The notes below the pieces were generated by a model. The model was given only the letters and a program-made list of their open reading frames with translations, did not search any database and had not been told where the DNA came from. A stretch of DNA of 64,000 nucleotides from Candidatus Enterousia sp. (lineage in GTDB: Bacteria; Pseudomonadota; Alphaproteobacteria; Rs-D84), in the NCBI GenBank assembly GCA_045646605.1, contig JAZRLA010000002.1, positions 15,940 through 79,939 of the forward strand, read 5' to 3'. The position numbers and the translations under genes are program-made. Position 1 is the first letter of the stretch, and every line of letters begins with the position of its first letter. Positions 1-10,569 of the stretch are shown piece by piece.

Positions 1-2
1 AT

Positions 3-389
3 TTGATTGAAAAAGTCGCGGCCGGCAACATTGATTTTGACCGTGTTATCGCAACACCGGAAATGATGCCGAAAATGTCAAAGATTGCACGTGTTTTGGG
101 GCCAAAGGGCTTAATGCCGAACCCAAAATTGGGAACGGTAACGAACGATGTCGCGGCGGCGGTCGCAAGTGCCAAGGCCGGACAAATCGAATATCGTGCC
201 GAAAAGAACGGTATTATTCATGCCGGTATTGGTAAAATGTCGTTTGCAACCGATAAATTGGTCGAAAATGCAAATGCGTTGATCGAACAATTGAAAAAGG
301 TTAAACCGGCATCGGTCAAGGGTCAATATATTGTTGGAATTGCGGTTTCAACAACCCAAGGTCCGGGCCTGCACGTGGATGCAAAATAA
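3..389 (+). CDS. rplA: 50S ribosomal protein L1, C-terminal part (5' end outside window)
   Basis: Translation (…[15 protein letters not shown]…[23 protein letters not shown]…) has the characteristic L1 motifs. Synteny rplA-rplJ-rplL-rpoB-rpoC. Confidence 0.9.
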   Translation: MIEKVAAGNIDFDRVIATPEMMPKMSKIARVLGPKGLMPNPKLGTVTNDVAAAVASAKAGQIEYRAEKNGIIHAGIGKMSFATDKLVENANALIEQLKKVKPASVKGQYIVGIAVSTTQGPGLHVDAK

Positions 390-588
390 TTATTGCGGTT
401 TGGTGCGCATGTATCAAACCGCAAACAGAGATTTCTGTCCAAGACTGATGGTGCGGTAACGCTTAATTCCCATCATAGACAAAGAAAGTTTCTTTGGGAC
501 AGGAAGTGGTCCCATCCCGGGGAAACCCGGATGGAAAGTTGAATTGGTTCGTGCGATTATCAATCGAACCAGAAGTAAGGGTAAAAAG
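390..588 (+). promoter_or_regulatory. rplJ 5' leader (probable L10(L12)4 autoregulatory leader region)
   Basis: A ~200-nt untranslated gap between rplA and rplJ at the conserved position of the L10 leader. The structure was not folded here. Confidence 0.35.
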
Positions 589-1068
589 ATGAAACGCGAA
601 GAAAAGTCAAACTTGATTTCTGCGTTGCAATCGTCCTTGGGCGAAGCGAACGGCGTTTTCGTCGTTGAAAATCACGGCCTTAGTGTAAAAGAAATGGAAG
701 TGTTGCGCAATGAATTGCGTCCACTTGTTTCCGTTTTCAAGGTTGTGAAAAATCGCCTTATGAAGTTGGCGTTAAAAGACACCGATTTCGAACCTGTATC
801 AGACCTTATGAAACGTCCGACCGCCGTTGCTGTTGCAACCGACGCGTTGGCCGTGACCAAGGTTTTGGTAAAATTTGTCGAAGAACATCCAAACCTTACC
901 ATCGTTGGGGGTAAAATGGATGCCGGCATTTTGGGTATGGACGATATTGTGCAATTATCCAAGCTTCCTTCTCTGCTCGAAGTTCGTGGCACAATTGCGC
1001 GTATCTTGGTGGAACCGGGGTCGCGTCTTGCGCGTGTTTCGGCGGAGTATGGAAAAAAGAATCAGTAA
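589..1068 (+). CDS. rplJ: 50S ribosomal protein L10
   Basis: L10-like sequence. Start chosen at ATG 589 (MKREEK…) after an AAGG RBS; the ORF extends to an upstream TTG at 544. Confidence 0.85.
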   Translation: MKREEKSNLISALQSSLGEANGVFVVENHGLSVKEMEVLRNELRPLVSVFKVVKNRLMKLALKDTDFEPVSDLMKRPTAVAVATDALAVTKVLVKFVEEHPNLTIVGGKMDAGILGMDDIVQLSKLPSLLEVRGTIARILVEPGSRLARVSAEYGKKNQ

Positions 1069-1110
1069 TTATTGGAATAACTTTCCAGTAAGAATCGAAG
1101 GAGCAAAAAA

Positions 1111-1479
1111 ATGGCAGACATTCAAAAATTAGTTGAAGAATTGTCAAAATTGACCGTTTTGGAAGCCGTAGAGTTGTCCAAAGCGTTGGAAGAAACATGG
1201 GGCGTTAGTGCCGCCGCCGCGGTTGCAGTTGCCGCAGGTCCGGCCGCAGGTCCAGCCGCCGAAGAAAAGTCCGAATTTGATGTTGTGTTGACGGATATTG
1301 GCGCAAACAAATTGGCGGTCATCAAGGCTGTGAAAGAAATCACAGGTCTTGGATTGACAGAAGCCAAGGCGTTGGTTGAATCTGCACCAAAGACGGTGAA
1401 AGAAGCTGTTGCCAAAGACGAAGCCGAAAAGATGAAGGCATCGATTGAGGCCGCAGGCGCCAAAGTTGAATTGAAATAA
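1111..1479 (+). CDS. rplL: 50S ribosomal protein L7/L12
   Basis: N-terminal dimerisation helix, Ala/Pro hinge ([10 protein letters not shown]) and C-terminal domain (…LKEAKDLVE-like, …KAVKE…GLGL…EAK). Confidence 0.92.
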   Translation: MADIQKLVEELSKLTVLEAVELSKALEETWGVSAAAAVAVAAGPAAGPAAEEKSEFDVVLTDIGANKLAVIKAVKEITGLGLTEAKALVESAPKTVKEAVAKDEAEKMKASIEAAGAKVELK

Positions 1480-1489
1480 TTCAATTCAT

Positions 1490-1512
1490 ACGAACCGAAA
1501 GGTTCAAAAAAA
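1490..1512 (+). terminator. Hairpin (GAACCGAAAGGTTC) between rplL and rpoB; possible partial attenuator
   Basis: Perfect 5-bp stem with GAAA loop, followed by an A-run rather than a U-run. Partial termination at this position is well known in other bacteria. Confidence 0.3.
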
Positions 1513-1619
1513 TAGGGTCCACGCCCGCGCGGATGAACGTTTGTCTGTGCGGGCGATGGGCAAAAAAGGTATATGCAATAGTTTCGTTTGCAAAACGCAT
1601 AAAAAAAGGATTGATACCC

Positions 1620-4600
1620 ATGGCAGTTATCCAAAAATTAAGAAAATCTTTTGGTAAAAGTTTTTTGCAAACTCCGCTTCCTGATTTAATAGAAATTCAA
1701 TACAATTCCTACAAGGAATTCTTGCAGGGCGATGTTGCACCCCAAAATCGTAAAAACAAGGGGTTGCAAAGTGTATTTACTTCTATGTTCCCAATCAAGG
1801 ATTATGCGGGGGCCGCCGAATTGGAATTTGTTGAATACAATTTGGAAAAACCGGCGTATAACGTCAAAGAATGCCTTGCGCGGAAAATGACGTATTCAAG
1901 CAAGTTAAAACTTAAATTAAAACTGATTTTGTGGGATGTCGCCGAAGATGGCAAAAAGTCATTGCGCGATATCAAAGAACAAGAAATCTTTATGGGCGAA
2001 GTGCCACTTATGACCGAACGGGGCAGTTTTATTGCATCGGGCGTAGAGCGCGTCATTGTTTCGCAAATGCATCGTGCCCAAGGTGTTGTTTTCGCAACCA
2101 CCAAAGAGGCCAAAATTGCCGGAAATCCTATTACATATACCGCGCGTATAATTCCGGAACACGGTTCTTGGATTGATTTCGAAGAATCCAAGGGGGTTAT
2201 ATATGTTCGTATCGACCGTCGTCGTAAAATTCCGGCAACGGTTTTATTACGTTGCTTACCGTGTGCCGAAGACGAAAAGAAATGGGTGGCGGAACCGCGC
2301 AAACCGACAATTCGCGGAATGTCTGATACTGAAATTTTATCGGTGTTCTACAAACGTATCGCGCTTAATAACAACGGTAAATTGTGGGTTGGTGACACAT
2401 CCGTGTTCGAAGGTTTGGATAAATATCGTTTAAATTACGATTTGATAAACCCCAAGGATAAAAAAGAATTGGCGGCCAAGGGTGATCGTTTGAACGCAAA
2501 GCGCTTAGGCAAGATTATGACCGCATCAAAACAATTCGGTATTTTGCCGGATGCGTTGGTGGGTGAATATTTGTTTGACCCGATTATGTCCGCGGGCGAA
2601 GTGATTTACCCGTCGGGTACCGAAATCACCGAAGAGGTTTTGGCCGATATCGAAAAACTTGGTATCAAAGATATTTCTTTGATTTCGATTGATAACACAA
2701 CGATAACCGCACACATGCGTAACACATTAGTTGCGGATAAAACGACAAATCGTGAAGATGCGTTAATCGAAATTTATAATATCATCAGACCGGGTGAACG
2801 TCCAACATTAGAGGCGGCAATTAACTTGTTCATGCGTCAAGGATTCGAAGCGGCATATTATGATCTTTCGCCAGTTGGTCGATTCAAAATGAACAAACGT
2901 TTGAAAATTGATTCTGGGAAAAAGCCCGAAGACGAACGTTTGCTGACCAAAAACGATTTTCTTGCGGTGTTAAAAACTTTGACGAACATCATCGACCACA
3001 AAGACACGATTGATGATATTGATAACCTTTCAAATCGTCGTGTTCGTACTGTTGGTGAATTGTTGGAACAAAATTTCCGTACCGGTATGGTTCGTATTGA
3101 ACGTCTTGTGCGCGAAAGTTTGTCTTCGCCGAATATTGCAACAATGCAACCCCAAGATGTTGTCAATGTCAATCCGTTGATGTCATTGGTTGCGGAATTC
3201 CTTGGGACAAGTCAATTGTCACAGTTTATGGATGCATACAATCCTCTTTCGGAATTGGAACACAAACGTCGTATATCTGCGTTGGGGCCTGGGGGACTTA
3301 ATCGCGAACGTGCTGGTATTGATGTACGCGACGTTCATCCAACACACTATGGACGTCTTTGCCCAATTAACACACCCGAAGGTGCAAACATTGGCTTGAT
3401 TAACCACCTTGCGTCTTATGCGCGTGTGAATCCATACGGATTTATTGAAACACCGTATTATGTTGTAGAAAACAGTAAGATTACAGACAAGATGGTCTAT
3501 CTTACCGCGGACGAAGAACTGGGACACAAAATTGCCCAAGGTAATACCCCAACAAATGACAAGGGTGTTTTGACCGAAGAAATGGTTACCGCGCGTGTTG
3601 ACGGTGAATTTACACGTGTACCACGTGGCGAAATCGATTTAATCGACGTTGAACCGCGCCAGGTGGTGTCCATTTCGACCGGACTTATTCCATTTGTTGA
3701 AAACGACGACGCGAACCGTGCATTGATGGGTTCAAACATGCAGCGTCAGGCCGTGCCACTCATGCGGGTGCAAACACCACTTGTTGGAACGGGGATTGAG
3801 CGTGAGGTTGCACGCGATTCTCGTACGGGCAAGGTCGCAAAGCACAGTGGTATCGTTGAATCTGCGGACGCAAATCGTATTGTTGTAAAATGTATGAACA
3901 GCCGCAATGTTGTGACGGGTGTGGACATTTACAATTTGGAAAAATACGAACGTTCAAACAATGATACGATTTTACATCAAAAGCCATTGGTTCATGCGGG
4001 TGACCGTATATCCGCGGGCGATATCATTGCGGACGGTTCGTCAATGAACTATGGTGAATTGGCGTTGGGTCGCAATGTCTTGGTTGCGTTCGTGCCATGG
4101 CGCGGATATAACTATGAAGATTCCATTGTGATTTCCGAACGTATTTCGCGTGATGATGTTTTCACATCGGTCAAAATTGTGGAAAAAGAAATCAAGGTTC
4201 GCGATACACAATTGGGGCCTGAAAGCTTAACGCGCGACATTCCGAACGTTAGTGAAGAAGCGTTAAAGAATTTGGACGAATCCGGTATTATCTATATCGG
4301 TGCACGTGTGAAACAGGGTGATATTTTGGTTGGCCATGTATCGCCGAAATCTGAAACATTGCTTACCCCCGAAGAAGCGTTGTTGCGTAACATCTTTGGT
4401 GAAAAGGCATTGAATGTAAAGGATACATCACTGCGTGTTGGTCCGAACGAAGAAGGAACGGTTATCGGTGTGAACGTCCTGACCAGACATGGGGTCAAGA
4501 AAGATGAACGTACCCAAATGATTGAATTGGAAAAAATCGCCAAGATAAATAAAGATCGTGACGAAGAAATCCAAATCATGGAAAAAGGTTTCGCCGACCA

Positions 4601-5756
4601 AATCTTCCAAATTGCCGAAGGTCACACTATCGAAGCCGGTACGGGTAGTTTGAAACCGTTCATCGGTAAAAAATTAAACCAGGAAGTGTTCGAAGGTATA
4701 AGACCGGCCGATTTCAAAAAGTTGGTCATATCTAACAAGGAAGCCCAGGCGAAAATCGAAGAAATTCGTGATGTGCACATCTTGACTTTGAAACAGTTGA
4801 ATGAAAATGCCGATCGCGAAATCGAAAAGGCGACCGAGAGCAATTCGCTGAATGCCGGTGTTTTGAAAGAAGTCAAGGTTTACATCGCACATAAAATGAA
4901 ATTGCAACCGGGTGACAAAATGGCGGGGCGTCACGGAAACAAGGGTATCGTTTCACGCGTTGTTCCAATCGAAGATATGCCACATATGGAAGATGGAACA
5001 CCGGTCGATATTGTTCTGAATCCGCTTGGCGTGCCAAGTCGTATGAACTTTGGCCAGATTTTGGAAACCCACCTTGGTATGGCGGCGCGCACGCTTGGTG
5101 AACAGATTGGGGCTGTTTTGGACGAAGTTAAACAAAAACGTGCGGTGACCGACGACCTGCGCGCGATAATGGGCAAGATTTATGGCAAAGACATGGCGGA
5201 AAAATTGGCCAAGATGACCGATACGGATGTTCGTGCCAATGCCGCGTTGTTGCGTGATGGTGTGCCGATGGCAACACCGACATTTGACGGTGCGAATGCC
5301 GAAGATATTCGTCGCATGTTAAAATTGGCAAAATTGCCTGAAACAGGTCAGTTCACATTGTATGACGGTGTAACCGGTGAAAAGTTTGCGCGTCCGGTGA
5401 CCGTTGGTGTGATGTATATGTTGAAACTGCATCATTTTGTGGACGAAAAGATTCACGCACGTTCAACCGCAAGTTATTCACTGGTAACGCAACAACCATT
5501 GTCCGGTAAGGCACACATGGGTGGCCAGCGTTTGGGTGAAATGGAGGTCTGGGCACTGGAGGCACATGGTGCCGCGCACTTGCTGCGTGAAATGCTAACG
5601 GTGAAGTCGGACGATATTGTTGGCCGTAACAAGATGTATGAATCCATCATTTCTGGCAGTGACGATATTCAAACCGGCACCCCAGAGGCGTTTAACGTGT
5701 TCGTTCGCGAATTGCGTGGATTAGGCCTGGCAATGACACCAAAAAAAATTGACTAA
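1620..5756 (+). CDS. rpoB: DNA-directed RNA polymerase subunit beta
   Basis: 1378 aa with unmistakable RpoB motifs throughout. Start at ATG 1620 (MAVIQKLRKSFGK…); the ORF-track extension from 1533 is probably not translated. Confidence 0.95.
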   Translation: MAVIQKLRKSFGKSFLQTPLPDLIEIQYNSYKEFLQGDVAPQNRKNKGLQSVFTSMFPIKDYAGAAELEFVEYNLEKPAYNVKECLARKMTYSSKLKLKLKLILWDVAEDGKKSLRDIKEQEIFMGEVPLMTERGSFIASGVERVIVSQMHRAQGVVFATTKEAKIAGNPITYTARIIPEHGSWIDFEESKGVIYVRIDRRRKIPATVLLRCLPCAEDEKKWVAEPRKPTIRGMSDTEILSVFYKRIALNNNGKLWVGDTSVFEGLDKYRLNYDLINPKDKKELAAKGDRLNAKRLGKIMTASKQFGILPDALVGEYLFDPIMSAGEVIYPSGTEITEEVLADIEKLGIKDISLISIDNTTITAHMRNTLVADKTTNREDALIEIYNIIRPGERPTLEAAINLFMRQGFEAAYYDLSPVGRFKMNKRLKIDSGKKPEDERLLTKNDFLAVLKTLTNIIDHKDTIDDIDNLSNRRVRTVGELLEQNFRTGMVRIERLVRESLSSPNIATMQPQDVVNVNPLMSLVAEFLGTSQLSQFMDAYNPLSELEHKRRISALGPGGLNRERAGIDVRDVHPTHYGRLCPINTPEGANIGLINHLASYARVNPYGFIETPYYVVENSKITDKMVYLTADEELGHKIAQGNTPTNDKGVLTEEMVTARVDGEFTRVPRGEIDLIDVEPRQVVSISTGLIPFVENDDANRALMGSNMQRQAVPLMRVQTPLVGTGIEREVARDSRTGKVAKHSGIVESADANRIVVKCMNSRNVVTGVDIYNLEKYERSNNDTILHQKPLVHAGDRISAGDIIADGSSMNYGELALGRNVLVAFVPWRGYNYEDSIVISERISRDDVFTSVKIVEKEIKVRDTQLGPESLTRDIPNVSEEALKNLDESGIIYIGARVKQGDILVGHVSPKSETLLTPEEALLRNIFGEKALNVKDTSLRVGPNEEGTVIGVNVLTRHGVKKDERTQMIELEKIAKINKDRDEEIQIMEKGFADQIFQIAEGHTIEAGTGSLKPFIGKKLNQEVFEGIRPADFKKLVISNKEAQAKIEEIRDVHILTLKQLNENADREIEKATESNSLNAGVLKEVKVYIAHKMKLQPGDKMAGRHGNKGIVSRVVPIEDMPHMEDGTPVDIVLNPLGVPSRMNFGQILETHLGMAARTLGEQIGAVLDEVKQKRAVTDDLRAIMGKIYGKDMAEKLAKMTDTDVRANAALLRDGVPMATPTFDGANAEDIRRMLKLAKLPETGQFTLYDGVTGEKFARPVTVGVMYMLKLHHFVDEKIHARSTASYSLVTQQPLSGKAHMGGQRLGEMEVWALEAHGAAHLLREMLTVKSDDIVGRNKMYESIISGSDDIQTGTPEAFNVFVRELRGLGLAMTPKKID

Positions 5757-5852
5757 AGTGTTAGTGTAAGTGGTTAGTGGTTAGTAAAGAAATGCTAGCC
5801 GTCACTAACCACTAACACCGACCACTAACCACTAAGTAAGGAGCTTAGAAAA
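5757..5852. repeat. rpoB-rpoC intergenic inverted repeat built from GTGGTTAGTG/CACTAACCAC units
   Basis: …GTGTAAGTGGTTAGTGGTTAGT…GTCACTAACCACTAACACCGACCACTAACCACTAAG…. Imperfect long hairpin; the same unit recurs elsewhere in the window. Confidence 0.55.
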
Positions 5853-8800
5853 ATGGCAAATATGTTGCAAAAGATATTTGGACAAATCGAAACAAGGGAA
5901 CAATTTGATGCGTTGCGTGTGACAATTGCATCGCCGGAAGAAATCCTTTCTTGGTCCCATGGCGAAGTTACAAAGCCAGAAACGATAAACTATCATTCGT
6001 TGAAACCGGAACCGGATGGATTGTTCTGTCAAAAGATTTTTGGCCCCGTCAAAGACTATGAATGTGCATGCGGAAAATATAAAAGAATTAAATTCCGTGG
6101 CGTTATCTGTGAACGTTGTGGGGTCGAAGTTGGATCTGCATCTGTTCGTCGTGAACGTATGGGACATATCAAATTGGCGATGCCGGTTGCGCACACTTGG
6201 TTCCTGCGTGAAGGTAAGATTGCGACCCTGTTGAATAACCTGTCGCAAAAGAAATTGGAACAGGTTGTATCCTATGATGCATATATCGTTATTGAACCAG
6301 GGCTTACAAATCTTAAACAATACGATGTCATAAGCGAAGATGAATATCGTGCCGCGGTTGAAGAATATGGTCCGGATGCGTTCCGCGTTGGTATCGGTGC
6401 CGAAGGTGTACGCAGTATTATCGCAAACCTTGATATGGGCGATGAAAGAACACGTCTGCGCGCGGAATTGGCGGAAACAAAATCCGAAGCAAAGCGCAAA
6501 TCCATTATGAAGCAACTTAAATTAGTCGAAGCGTTCCTGGATTCAAAAACCGAACCGCAATGGATGTTGCCGGATATTATTCCGGTTATCCCACCGGATA
6601 TGCGACCACTTGTCACATTGGATGCGGGACATGTTGCGGCATCTGATTTGAACGATTTGTATCGTCGTGTGATTATTCGTAACAATCGTTTGAAACGGTT
6701 TATGGAAATGCATGCACCTGAAATTATCGTTCGCAATGAAAAGCGCATGTTACAAGAAGCCGTTGATTCATTGTTTGATAACGAACACAAAACGCGTCCG
6801 ATGGTTTCGCAAAATCGCCGTCCGCTTAAATCATTGTCTGGGTCATTGCGCGGTAAATCCGGTCGTTTCCGTATGAATTTGTTGGGTAAACGTGTGGATT
6901 ATTCCGGGCGCAGCGTGATTGTGTCTGGGCCATCATTAAAGATGCACCAGGTCGGTTTGCCAAAAGCGATGGCATTGGAATTATTTAAACCGTTCGTATT
7001 TGCACGTTTGATGGCGGGTGATTATGCCAATACATTAAAGACTGCACGTAAAATGGTTGAAAATGGTGAACCGGTGGTGTGGGATATTTTGGAAAAGGTC
7101 ATCCATGAACATCCGGTTTTGCTGAATCGTGCGCCATCTTTGCACCGTTTGTCGTTGTTGGCGTTTGAACCGGTTTTGATTGAAGGCAAGGCAATTCGTT
7201 TGCATCCGTTGGTTTGCAAGGGATTCAATGCGGACTTTGACGGTGACCAAATGGCCGTGCATGTTCCAATTTCATTAGAAGCCCAGTTAGAGGCACGCAC
7301 ATTGATGTTATCTACCAATAACATTTTGTCGCCGGCAAATGGTGAACCTATGACCGTTCCGTCACAAGACATGGTTTTGGGTATTTACTATATTTCGTTA
7401 ATGGATGGTGAACATACCGACAAATCTCCACGGTTTAGTGGTATGGACGAAGTTGAAATGGCATTGGAAAACAAGACAATTACACTGCATACCCCAATTG
7501 TTGCGCGTATCAATGGTAAAACATATAAAACAACCGCGGGTCGTATGATTATCGGGCAATTGTTACCAAAATCTGAAAATATGCCGTTTGATTTGGTGAA
7601 CAAGGTTATGGGTGAACCTGATATTCGTGCGTTACTTGCGACCACATACGAACGTTGCGGTGATAAAGCAATGATTCTGCTTGCCGATGCGTTAAAGAAT
7701 ACCGGGTTTGAACAGGCGGCGCGCAGTGGTATTTCAATTGGTTATGATGACGTTGTTATTCCCGAAGAAAAAGAAACAATGATTGCCGACACCGAAGAAG
7801 CCGCAAAGGATATCGAAGATCAATATCAAAACGGTTTGCTATCGGGTGGTGAACGTTATAACAAACTGATTGATTTATGGCAAAAAACAACCGATCGTCT
7901 TGGTGATTTGTCTTTCGCTGCGCTGGGTCGAAATCACGGTAACGATTGGAACTCTATCTATATGATGGCGGATTCCAAGGCACGTGGTTCGAAACGCCAG
8001 ATTCAACAGCTTGCCGGTATGCGTGGTATGATGTCAAAGCCGGACGGTTCGATTATCGAAGTTCCAATTATTTCGAACTTTAAAGAAGGCCTTACTATGG
8101 CGGAATACTTTACATCAACCCACGGTGCGCGCAAAGGTTTGTCCGATACCGCGTTGAAAACAGCGCAAGCGGGTTATTTGACGCGTCGTTTGGTTGATTT
8201 GGCATTAAACACCGTTATTACCGAACATGATTGTGGAACCAAGGAATATATTACCGCAAAGCCTGTATACCAAGGCAGCACACTTTCCGTTCCGCTTGGT
8301 AACGTTGTTTTGGGTCGCACCGCGGCACATGATATTGTCCATCCAATCACCAAGGAAGTTATCGTTCCGGCCGGCGAACTGGTAACCAAGGCCGCTGCAC
8401 GCAAGATAAACGAATCTGGTTTGCCAAGTGTTGATGTGCGCAGTGTTCTAACGTGTTGCAGTGATGGTTTGTGCGCAAAGTGCTATGGTATGGATTTATC
8501 GCGTCAATCACTGGTTCATGTTGGCGAAGCCGTCGGCGTTGTCGCAGGTCAATCCATTGGTGAACCGGGAACCCAATTGACATTGCGTACCTTCCACATT
8601 GGTGGTATCGCGTCCGGTGGAACCGAAAGTCATTATATAGAGGTTCCAGTCGCCGGTAAAATAAAGTTAATTGGTGTTAACACAATTAAAAATTCTGCGG
8701 GCCGCGTTGTTGTCCTTTCCCGTAATGGCAAGGTCGTGGTTGAATCACCATCTGGTGAAGAATTATTTAGTTGCGGTTTGCCGTATGCATCTATGTTGAT

Positions 8801-9962
8801 TGTGAATGAAGGTGACACGGTCGAAAAAGGTGCCAAGGTCGCAGAATGGGATCCATATTCCAACACAATCATTGCGGAAAAAGATGGTATCGTAAACTTT
8901 AACGATTTGGTTGAAAACGTTTCGTTCCAAGAAGAAGTTGACCCAACAACCGGCATAATTTCGCGCAAAGTTATCAATTGGAAATTAAACACGAAAAAGG
9001 CGATGCAACCGGCAATCCGTTTGGTAAATGAAAAAGGTGATATCCTTTCGCTTGGTGGAAAAAAGGTCGCGGAATATCTGTTGCCGATTCATTCGGTTTT
9101 GAACGTCGCGAACGGCGCAACGGTTGCAGCGGGTGATGTTTTGGCACGCATACCGGTTCAGGCAAAGCGTACGGGCGATATTACCGGTGGTTTGCCACGC
9201 GTCGAAGAATTGTTAGAGGTTCGTCGTCCGTCCAACCCGGCATTACTTGCGGAAATTGATGGAACGGTCGAATTGGAAGATGCAAAATCGAAAATCATCA
9301 TTCGCATTGAACCAAATGATGGAACTGCGCCGGTGGAATATGCGGTACCAAAGGGAACAAATCTGTTGGTACGCAGTGGTGATGTCGTCAGAAAGGCGGA
9401 TAAATTGGTTGATGGTGATCCCGTCCCCCAAGATATATTACGTATCTTGGGTCAAAAGGCACTTGCAACCTTTATGGTCGAACAAATTCAACAGGTTTAC
9501 CGGCTTCAGGGCGTGTCCATCAACGATAAACACATTGAAATTTTGATTCGTGAAATGACACGCCGTGTGGAAATCACCGATCCTGGTGATACCGGATTCC
9601 TGACTGGACATGTTGTTGACCGTGTCGATTTCGAAGAAGAAAATGCACGTGTTATTCACGATGGTGGTCGTCCGGCGGTCGCGTCCCAGGTTTTGGTTGG
9701 ACTTACACGCGCGTCGCTTACCACACGTTCGTTCATATCAAACGCATCGTTCCAACAAACGACCAAGGTTTTGGTGGATGCGGCAATCAATGGTTCAACC
9801 GATAAATTGGTTGGTATAAATGAAAACTTGATTGTTGGTCGTCTTATTCCAATTGGAACGGGCGCGTATGTCCGTCGCGTTCGCGAAATAGCAAAGGCCG
9901 AAGAAAAGGCCGAACGCATCGCGCGTGAAGGTGGCGAAAACCAACAATTGCTGGATTTATAG
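5853..9962 (+). CDS. rpoC: DNA-directed RNA polymerase subunit beta'
   Basis: 1369 aa. Zn-binding CxxC…CxxC N-terminus and the NADFDGD catalytic motif (…GFNADFDGDQMAVH…). Confidence 0.95.
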   Translation: MANMLQKIFGQIETREQFDALRVTIASPEEILSWSHGEVTKPETINYHSLKPEPDGLFCQKIFGPVKDYECACGKYKRIKFRGVICERCGVEVGSASVRRERMGHIKLAMPVAHTWFLREGKIATLLNNLSQKKLEQVVSYDAYIVIEPGLTNLKQYDVISEDEYRAAVEEYGPDAFRVGIGAEGVRSIIANLDMGDERTRLRAELAETKSEAKRKSIMKQLKLVEAFLDSKTEPQWMLPDIIPVIPPDMRPLVTLDAGHVAASDLNDLYRRVIIRNNRLKRFMEMHAPEIIVRNEKRMLQEAVDSLFDNEHKTRPMVSQNRRPLKSLSGSLRGKSGRFRMNLLGKRVDYSGRSVIVSGPSLKMHQVGLPKAMALELFKPFVFARLMAGDYANTLKTARKMVENGEPVVWDILEKVIHEHPVLLNRAPSLHRLSLLAFEPVLIEGKAIRLHPLVCKGFNADFDGDQMAVHVPISLEAQLEARTLMLSTNNILSPANGEPMTVPSQDMVLGIYYISLMDGEHTDKSPRFSGMDEVEMALENKTITLHTPIVARINGKTYKTTAGRMIIGQLLPKSENMPFDLVNKVMGEPDIRALLATTYERCGDKAMILLADALKNTGFEQAARSGISIGYDDVVIPEEKETMIADTEEAAKDIEDQYQNGLLSGGERYNKLIDLWQKTTDRLGDLSFAALGRNHGNDWNSIYMMADSKARGSKRQIQQLAGMRGMMSKPDGSIIEVPIISNFKEGLTMAEYFTSTHGARKGLSDTALKTAQAGYLTRRLVDLALNTVITEHDCGTKEYITAKPVYQGSTLSVPLGNVVLGRTAAHDIVHPITKEVIVPAGELVTKAAARKINESGLPSVDVRSVLTCCSDGLCAKCYGMDLSRQSLVHVGEAVGVVAGQSIGEPGTQLTLRTFHIGGIASGGTESHYIEVPVAGKIKLIGVNTIKNSAGRVVVLSRNGKVVVESPSGEELFSCGLPYASMLIVNEGDTVEKGAKVAEWDPYSNTIIAEKDGIVNFNDLVENVSFQEEVDPTTGIISRKVINWKLNTKKAMQPAIRLVNEKGDILSLGGKKVAEYLLPIHSVLNVANGATVAAGDVLARIPVQAKRTGDITGGLPRVEELLEVRRPSNPALLAEIDGTVELEDAKSKIIIRIEPNDGTAPVEYAVPKGTNLLVRSGDVVRKADKLVDGDPVPQDILRILGQKALATFMVEQIQQVYRLQGVSINDKHIEILIREMTRRVEITDPGDTGFLTGHVVDRVDFEEENARVIHDGGRPAVASQVLVGLTRASLTTRSFISNASFQQTTKVLVDAAINGSTDKLVGINENLIVGRLIPIGTGAYVRRVREIAKAEEKAERIAREGGENQQLLDL

Positions 9963-10020
9963 GGGAACGCAAAAGTTCCCCTCTGGCTAGAGGGGTGCCC
10001 GAAGGGCGGGGTGGTCTTTT
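9963..10020 (+). terminator. rpoC terminator region with overlapping alternative hairpins
   Basis: AGGGGAAC-GCAAAA-GTTCCCCT and CCCCTCT-GGCT-AGAGGGG share the CCCCT segment, then a GCCC-GAAG-GGCGGG hairpin. Weak U tract. Confidence 0.4.
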
Positions 10021-10099
10021 CACCAAGCCAGGGCAAAGCCCTGGCGCAGTCTCGGCGTAGTCGCGTCACCGCTGTGCGGTGACGGACAAAGACGGATAA
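10021..10099. repeat. 79-bp GC-rich two-hairpin repeat, copy 1
   Basis: CACCAAGCCAGGGCAAAGCCCTGGCGCAGTCTCGGCGTAGTCGCGTCACCGCTGTGCGGTGACGGAC(A/G)AAGACGGATAA. Identical except for 1 nt to the copy at 10570-10648. Internal hairpins CCAGGG-CAAAG-CCCTGG and GTCACCG-CTGTG-CGGTGAC. Confidence 0.75.
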
Positions 10100-10111
10100 C
10101 CACTAACACTA

Positions 10112-10510
10112 ATGACTTCCAAACCTGCAATTTTTTGTGATATCGACGGTGTGGTGTCCAAGAAATGGGCTATTGCCGACTATGATCGCTTTGGTGAACC
10201 GAACGCGAATATGATACGTGTACTCGAAACATTGGGTCGGGATTTTACAATCGTCTTTATAACGGGGCGTTGGGCGATGGGCCAGGCCAAGGTGGACGCA
10301 TTTATCGACGGATTGCTGCCGAATATTAAAAAAATCGTATTCTGCAAGCCGCACGATTACCCCGGTACAACGGCGGAATATAAATTGGCCAAGATTATGG
10401 AATTGGAATCAGATGGCTATCAATTCTATCTTGGGCTTGACGACCATAGTGCGGTAATTGGATTGATGCACAACCACGGCATGTTCGTCGCCAAGGTGAT
10501 AAGTGACTAG
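10112..10510 (+). CDS. Minimal HAD-superfamily phosphatase (132 aa)
   Basis: HAD motif I FCDIDGV, motif II (T in VFITGR), Lys, and motif IV-like GLDDHS. Bracketed by the 79-bp direct repeats. Confidence 0.55.
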   Translation: MTSKPAIFCDIDGVVSKKWAIADYDRFGEPNANMIRVLETLGRDFTIVFITGRWAMGQAKVDAFIDGLLPNIKKIVFCKPHDYPGTTAEYKLAKIMELESDGYQFYLGLDDHSAVIGLMHNHGMFVAKVISD

Positions 10511-10569
10511 AAATAATTGGGGTGGAGTGTGTCGTTGTAACACACTAACCCGCTAGCCATTTACACTAA

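Noticed and set aside
1533-1619. N-terminal extension of rpoB (MNVCLCGRWAKKVYAIVSFAKRIKKGLIP)
   Set aside because: It lies in the rplL-rpoB spacer, is non-conserved and Cys/basic-rich, and has no RBS. The conserved RpoB N-terminus begins at the internal ATG 1620.
5832-6515. 227-aa ORF on the minus strand
   Set aside because: Entirely antisense to the 5' end of rpoC, with no independent support; an artefact of an open frame.
10112-10510. Calling the HAD ORF a polynucleotide kinase/phosphatase
   Set aside because: Only the generic HAD motifs are visible. There is no kinase P-loop domain, and subfamily assignment is not possible by eye.
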